DNA of 64,000 nt. It comes from the human T2T-CHM13v2.0 reference genome, Homo sapiens. The position numbers were made by a program, and so were the translations under genes. The notes beneath the pieces were generated by a model, which was given only the letters and a program-made list of their open reading frames with translations, was not told the origin of the DNA and did not search any database. Shown here one piece after another: positions 57,606-64,000 of this stretch; the stretch's first letter is position 1, and every line of letters starts with the position of its first letter. The stretch lies in the NCBI RefSeq assembly GCF_009914755.1, contig NC_060929.1. One strand, given 5' to 3'.

Positions 57606-60600
57606 TTAATGTACAATCCTTGAGTACTGCAATGATCAGAAAATGAAGTGTAGTCATCAGAACTGTCTTTTAAACATAAGAAAAGATCGGAAGATAGTCA
57701 AAATCTTCAAGTAATTTGAAAACATGGTAAAAATGTGAATGCTTTGGGTGGTGGGAGCAACCAACACCTTCTCAACCATGCCAATGATTCTTCATTGAAT
57801 AAGAATTCTGTTGGTTTCCATGAAAAATATAAATACTAATATTCCCATTTTATTAATGAAGGACCTAAAAGCTCAAATTACCTACTTAAGGTCAGGCAAT
57901 GAGTCAAAACTAGAAATAGATACTATGTCTGCTGGCACTACTCCTTAAATGAGGAAACAAAAATATCATTTTGAGTTCATTGAAACTTTACTGCTATAAA
58001 ATTGAAAAAAAAATCAAAGAGTATGATTTCAAAAAAAGACAATATATATTTTATAGTATGTATAGATTTGTCTTTTGCCATTTTAACTTCAAGGAATATG
58101 GCCTTAATTTAGGTTGGAAAGTTTTTCTGAAAGCAGCAGCAACAATTTTCCACCTGGGCAAGTAAATATGCCACGGAGTCACCATTCATCTCAGTCATTC
58201 TTTTCCACAGTAAGTGGACATGAAAGAACTAAATGAACATTAAACAAAGCTTGCCATATTCAGTAAATCTCCCCAGGACCTTGAAGACAGATTGAAATAA
58301 AGTACTGTCCAGATTCATTTTCTGCATTAACCAACATAAAATAATTAAATAGCAAAACTCCAGGAGGCCCATAGGCCATTATTAACAGATCTGTAGAAAT
58401 GGAGAGGAAAATATTTGGTAGTGGAGACAGGACTTAACTGCAGGGTAAATTACTTGTGAGTACTGGAGGAGAATCTTTCAAACAGCCCTTCATTCAGCTC
58501 AAAAGTTTATTCTTCTTTGTAAAAATAGAATGGTGTGGTGGGTGAGTCCATCCTGCTCCAGAAGTACAAAAGGGAGCATTTTGACATAGTTGGGCATCAG
58601 CAGTCATAACTGTAGCATTGCACAATCTGAGCAAGAACTAATGGAAATAGAAATAAGCAGAGCTGTAGATGTAAACCTGATAAAGATTCTGTGCTTGAAT
58701 GCTGAACTTTAAGGAATTACTAGTATAAAGAGAAAAAATTCTTCCAATGACCATATCAGCCCTGATGAGAGTGACCAACTGTGACAAACACAAAATTAGG
58801 GTACATCTTGGCTCACAGCAATGCCAACACCACCATATTTGTGCTGTTCCACTACTCTGCTGCCCATGATTGGTGAAAATAGAGGTTAAAAACACTAGAA
58901 AAAAGTCGGATGAGTCCATGCCTTTCTCCTGAGAATCTGGAGTTCAAACAGAAAGACATGGGGCCCCATGGGGACATGGGCCAACTCATAAAAAGAGCAG
59001 CACCCTAACATTGGTTCCATGTACTTCAGTTACTATAGTCCCAGACCCAGCCTTTGCCTCTGCCTCTGAAAACCATAATTCCTTGGTTTGGGGCATGGCC
59101 TTTTTTTTTTTTTTTTTTTTTTGGTTTGTGTAGCTACCTCCATTTTCGGCTTGAATTACCCAGAGTCATTTTTTTCTATTGGTTGCAATAAAGCAAGCCT
59201 TGCCCAATATAGCTCTACAGTATAAATGTCATGGAATGACGTGAGATATGATTGGGTGTGAGCCACAGAAACAACTGAGCAAATGATGCTAAATGAAATG
59301 CCCCACTCCAACCGCAAAGTCCCAAATAGAAGTAGGGAACAAACATTAGTCTTGCTCACTCCTAATTAGGAGATAATTGATAATGAACCAAAAGGCACAT
59401 AGAAGGTACATTTATATGTAGTTTTTTTGTGTTTGTGCTTAAGTTAATGATTTACAAATTTTATGTACTTTATACTAGAGTTTTGGTCTAGTTCCTCTCG
59501 AAGAGTTAATGAAATTTATCCTTCAATGCTTAGAGAGTCCAGATCAAAATGATGCCTAAAACAGACATTGCTATTTGGAGTGTCTATAGTCATGCAGATA
59601 ATACAGATGTAAAATAAATTAGGTGAGTCTAATGATGAGGACCATGGGGGAGAAAACACAATGAAATGAGATTATGCATTTATTTTAAAACACTCTGAAC
59701 AGATGGTGATCCTCTTTAACACAAGTGATATGTGGACCCCAAGAGGGCAATGATCTAGTGAATATATATTTGCAAGATAGTTTTCTTAGACATGTGCACC
59801 AGTTCAATGTATATTATGCTGGCAAAATACATTTTCAAAACTTACCTTAAGTTTTGAAGGTAAGTTACAAGGATATCAGCCATTCTGTGCAATCATGCTT
59901 TCCATAAGTTTTATGGTAAAGCTGACTATTTCATTGCAAGACACAGAATAAAAGTGGAATCGGACTCTTGGAATCCATTAGGAAAATAGTATCAGCACTG
60001 TGAAACTGGAACTCATCAAAATTTGTATTTAAGAAATGTCTAGGGTTTTTTCTTAGAGCTTTTATATATTTGTTTTCAATTAACTTTTCCATATAATTGC
60101 TGATATATATGCAATATAACTATAGAGGCTTGCTACTTCCCTATGGTTTATATTCTGCAATATACATAGAATTAATTGTCTTGGGTCCTAATTTTGTTTA
60201 ACTCATATCCTGAATTATTGACATTGCTAAAGTGCAGTTATTGTTCATTTTGGAGAATCTTAGCTAAAAATGTTTCATTATGATAAAGCTTTAATACATA
60301 ATGTACATAATGATTTTTAATAACCTCAATAAGACCAGAAAAGATTAGAAAAGATCTATAACTGTTTAATTCAACCAAATGGAGATATTATGTTTTGTTT
60401 ATTGCTCAAATTTTATTTCTTGACAAGATGATTAAAAAATAACTTTTATCTTGCTAATTGTTTAGTGAAATAAATAATATTTCATTTTTTCGGAAAACCT
60501 TGTATAATACTAAAGAACAACATTACAAACCATATTTATAAAAACCAAAATGTTGTAACAGTCTGTGAAATGTGGGATGTGATAGGCATATTGTTCAGTT

Positions 60601-60839
60601 GATGAACTCAACAATGGAAATGCATTTGATAACAGGCATAGTTATTGTTCAAAGATTAATGAAGAAAGTTAAAAATAAAGCCCCACACATTCCTTTCTTC
60701 TGATATTTTAATGTAAAAAAGGAGAGAACACAGTTGGGACACTATTGTGTACTTTTTTACCCAAAGATGATGCAGTCATTACTCACAACATTTAACAAAT
60801 CAAAATTTTAATAAATTACATAATAACCATATTCAGATT

Positions 60840-61075
60840 TTTCAAAGACCTTTCACATACATCTCATATTGGATACTAAGAAATAAACAATGACTTTCAA
60901 TAAGTAGTATTTCCACTTTAAAATGAGGAATTTGAAGTTTAAATTATTTAATGTTCTTACCCAAGACTGTGACCAGTAAGTCTTGGGTAAGAACTTATAC
61001 CCAACTTATACCAGCTGGGATTTATACCTTTCTTTTCTGGCTCTAAAATTCTGTTTTCTTCACTATGTCACATAT
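60840..61075 (-). mobile_element. MIR with an internal templated insertion
   Basis: CCACTTTAAAATGAGGAA...CTTACCCAAG...AGTAAGT...AGCTGGGATTT. Confidence 0.7.
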
Positions 61076-61319
61076 AGTGTTGCCACAGACAAAAACTTTT
61101 TTTTTAACTATCCTTTTGTAATTTCCTTCAAAATCAAGTTATGAGCCGTGAAAGAAGCCTATCTCATTACTATATACCAAAGGTCTCAGATTTTTGTGAC
61201 AAGTAACTATTTTTCATTTCCAAGAAAACTTCACATTATAAAGATAGGTACACTATTAGTGACAAAAAAATTCCACAGTTGTAGGGAAAGGTAACTCACT
61301 CTTTTCATCTAGTGATCCA

Positions 61320-61500
61320 GTCATTATTTCAATGAGTATTTTTTTTTTTGCCTACTCTGAACACAATATTGCATATAATGGTGAGAATTTAGTAGTGAAC
61401 AAGACAAAACTATCTCACTGAGCTTACAATGAGTGCAATGGCAAAGTGGAACAAAAATAAGCAATTAAATAAATTCTGATAAGTAATCTGAAGAGGTAAT
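61320..61500 (-). mobile_element. L2 3' end
   Basis: AGTAGTGAACAAGACAAAAC...GAGCTTACAAT. Confidence 0.6.
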
Positions 61501-61599
61501 ACTGCTTCTAGATGATAATATTGGAAATGTTTTCAAACTATGGAAAGAATAACTGTGCTGTCATCCCAGCCATATAAAATATAAGAAAAGAACAGAGTG

Positions 61600-61790
61600 T
61601 CGAGTCACATAGACATTGAAGCTGCACTCTTTGGACTTCAATATCCTGATTCTTAGCTGGGTGACTTTGGAGAAGTTGCTTAATTTTACAAAACCTCCAT
61701 GTCTTCTCATGGGGATACCTCAAAAGCATAACCAGGTGGAAAATGCATTGAGAGGAGATCAATGCATTCAAAAAGATCCATAAAATTCAT
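61600..61790 (+). mobile_element. MIR
   Basis: CTTAGCTGGGTGACTTTGGAGAAGTTGCTTAA. Confidence 0.7.
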
Positions 61791-62739
61791 CTGTGGGAAG
61801 TGGGGAAGAACCAGCAAGCCTGGAGTTGCCTGGTCCTCCAATCATCCTAGAATGTAGTTGCTTAGCCAACAGAAGTTGAGAGTGGAAGTTCTGTCCTCTC
61901 TCACAGAAAGATAACGCAAAGTGTTACAGAGGAACGACAAAAAGAAACGGAAAAAAGACTCACTGAATGTCAGAGAGAGTTGGGGAAATTTGGCAACCGC
62001 TGAGCCATAAAAGTTTCAAGAGATTAAGGAGAAAGATATTTAAGGACATTCTACTCTGTTTAATTAGCTGTATTCCTGTTAATATTCATCTCTGAGAGAT
62101 CTAAGTAAAACTTGAGTGTTGTGTTTAATTACATTTGTTGGCTGGACAATGTTTATTTGGAAGTTACACAATGTAGAAACTGAACCACATCGGATCATAC
62201 AAGTTGGTGATACACCCGGGTTGATGTTATAAGATGATTAGCATAGTGCTTCTCACAAAATAAGCACTCAAAAATTAAATGGTATTGTCATTATTCACAA
62301 TGTATTTCAAATTTACGAAACTTAGAAACTCCTATTTTTATTATTTTTGTCAGAAGACAGAAGAAACTATCTGCACAAATTCTAAGAAAAGCTACAACAC
62401 ATGAACATCAAAGCTCTTTGCTTTCTATAGCTGAAACAAAGAGAAAAAATAAGTAGATTGTGCAGGTTTAATTGTCTAATACAACAAAATAAGTGTGTAG
62501 AAGAATAAATGTATTTACCTGGTTCTGAGTGCTGAAAGAAATTAGTCATAAGTCCTCCTTTACATAAGGACTAAACAACATAATGCATAATATCCTTGAC
62601 AAAAGTTCTACTTGCAAAAAAGTGCAGAGATGCTTCACATACAGCTATTTATCATACCTCTCCCTTTGAAAGCTTTGAGAGCATAATAGGTTTTCTGAAA
62701 AGGCAATTCCTCTGGAATATAACTTTCTGGTGATTTGCC

Positions 62740-62889
62740 TCATCACTGAGATAGATCCTGGGAACATTTTGACCAGTGAGCCTAAACCAGACCTACTGAT
62801 TCAGAATCTCCAAGGTTGAGGCCCAGTATTACATATTTTTAGAGTTCCCAAGATGACTCTAACTACCAAACAGTATCAGTGAGACTGCT
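62740..62889 (+). mobile_element. MER5-type hAT MITE
   Basis: CCAGACCTACTGATTCAGAATCTCCAAGGTTGAGGCCCAG. Confidence 0.7.
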
Positions 62890-63300
62890 AGTGGCTCCCC
62901 TCAGATCCATTCTCTCCTTTGCACTTATAGGAATAGAACCCTTGATTTCTGCTGCACATCTGGCTACCCAGAATAAGAACTAAATTTCTCAGCCCTGTAT
63001 TTTGTTGCACATCACCATGTGACTAAATTTTATGCAACAGACTGTAATAAGGAGTGATGCCTACCCCCTCTGAACTTGTTGTTACAGGAGAAGCCATGCC
63101 AGTTCATCCCTCCCTCATCCTACTGCTGCTTGACTGATGGTATAAAACCTGGAGCTCTGTCATTTACCGTGAAGAAGGAAATAATAAGCAAGGAAAACAG
63201 AGAGAAAATTATGAATGGCACCTGGTCTCTGGATAAGATCATCCAGATTCTCATGGACATCCCTGGATTGTAAAAGTAGAATCACATTCTTCACATAAAG
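62890..63300 (+). mobile_element. LTR33/LTR16-like ERVL LTR
   Basis: AATAGAACCCTTGATTT...ATTTCTCAGCC...CCATGTGACTAAATTTT. Confidence 0.6.
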
Positions 63301-63656
63301 AGGATGCTTCTCTGGTCTGCCGGAACAATACTGGCCATTTTATCTAAAATCTGTACATAACCTTAGAAAGAGGAATGTTATCACCCATACCTGACTTAGA
63401 ATTTTAAATACAAGAATATCCTCTATTAGAAAATTCTTACTGTCTATTTGAACTCCCATAGTATATCTTTATGAAAGTTGTGTAAGTGTCTTAAAAGGTT
63501 CAGATCAAGGTTGAGATTAGGTGACTTGACCCCAGACTATGTATTTCTATTAAACCAAATGGAATAGAAAGCCAAAATGCAATAAATGTCAAGAGAAATT
63601 TTAAACCACATTTGAGTAGTTTACTATTCAGTAAAGAGATTAAAATTTAAAATTAG

Positions 63657-63727
63657 TGTCTCTCTCTCTCTCTCCTGCTCTCTCTCTCTCCCTCCCTCCC
63701 TCTTGTCTCCTTTCCTCCCCTCTGTTT
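63657..63727. repeat. (CT)n/(CCCT)n pyrimidine tract
   Basis: Direct observation. Confidence 0.9.
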
Positions 63728-64000
63728 CTGTGTATTAATGCATCACTCCTATAATTTATAAAGAAAAAAAGCCAACACTTATGGAATATATTTGAAAGGA
63801 TACTTGGAAAATCTTGTCTCACCAGCCTAGGTGAAATCTTGGCTATTTTCTACAGGACAATACCGTCTTCATCTGGAAATGGATGGATTTAATATGAGAA
63901 AATGATGCCTCAAAATATGGCCATTCCATTTCTAAGAGTTAATTTATATTAGTTACACATGGAAGGGGAAAAGTTTGGGTTATTTTTCAAAATTTTTTAA

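Noticed and set aside
59100-59122. Poly(T) run as a possible retrocopy tail
   Set aside because: No matching TSD or recognisable body found next to it
62515-62550. Minus-strand 13-nt microexon-like pattern (TTTCTTTCAG-CACTCAGAACCAG-GTAAAT)
   Set aside because: Not frame-preserving, the branch-like motif is too close to the AG, and such patterns are expected by chance

Overview
AT-rich primate (human/ape-like) genomic DNA, intergenic or deep-intronic. I can recognise no host protein-coding gene or RNA gene. More than half of the window is transposable-element sequence: a full-length L1PA2/PA3-type LINE-1 (20579-26620) with broken ORF1 and ORF2 but an intact antisense ORF0; a complete two-LTR THE1D MaLR element (28788-31055); a nested L1PB > L1PA8 > MER11C stack (43874-47455); six Alus; several solo LTRs; DNA-transposon MITEs; and old L1M/L2/MIR fragments. 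Almost all ORFs in the supplied track are repeat-derived or low-complexity. I found no convincing new biological system. The most interesting signals are a TSD-flanked poly(A) insert that is not a standard element (16767-16923), several short templated-insertion or fold-back scars, a twin-priming L1 inversion, a minisatellite born from L1 coding sequence, and a few candidate regulatory or splice motifs. Subfamily names come from remembered consensus sequences, not a database search, and boundaries without a TSD are approximate.
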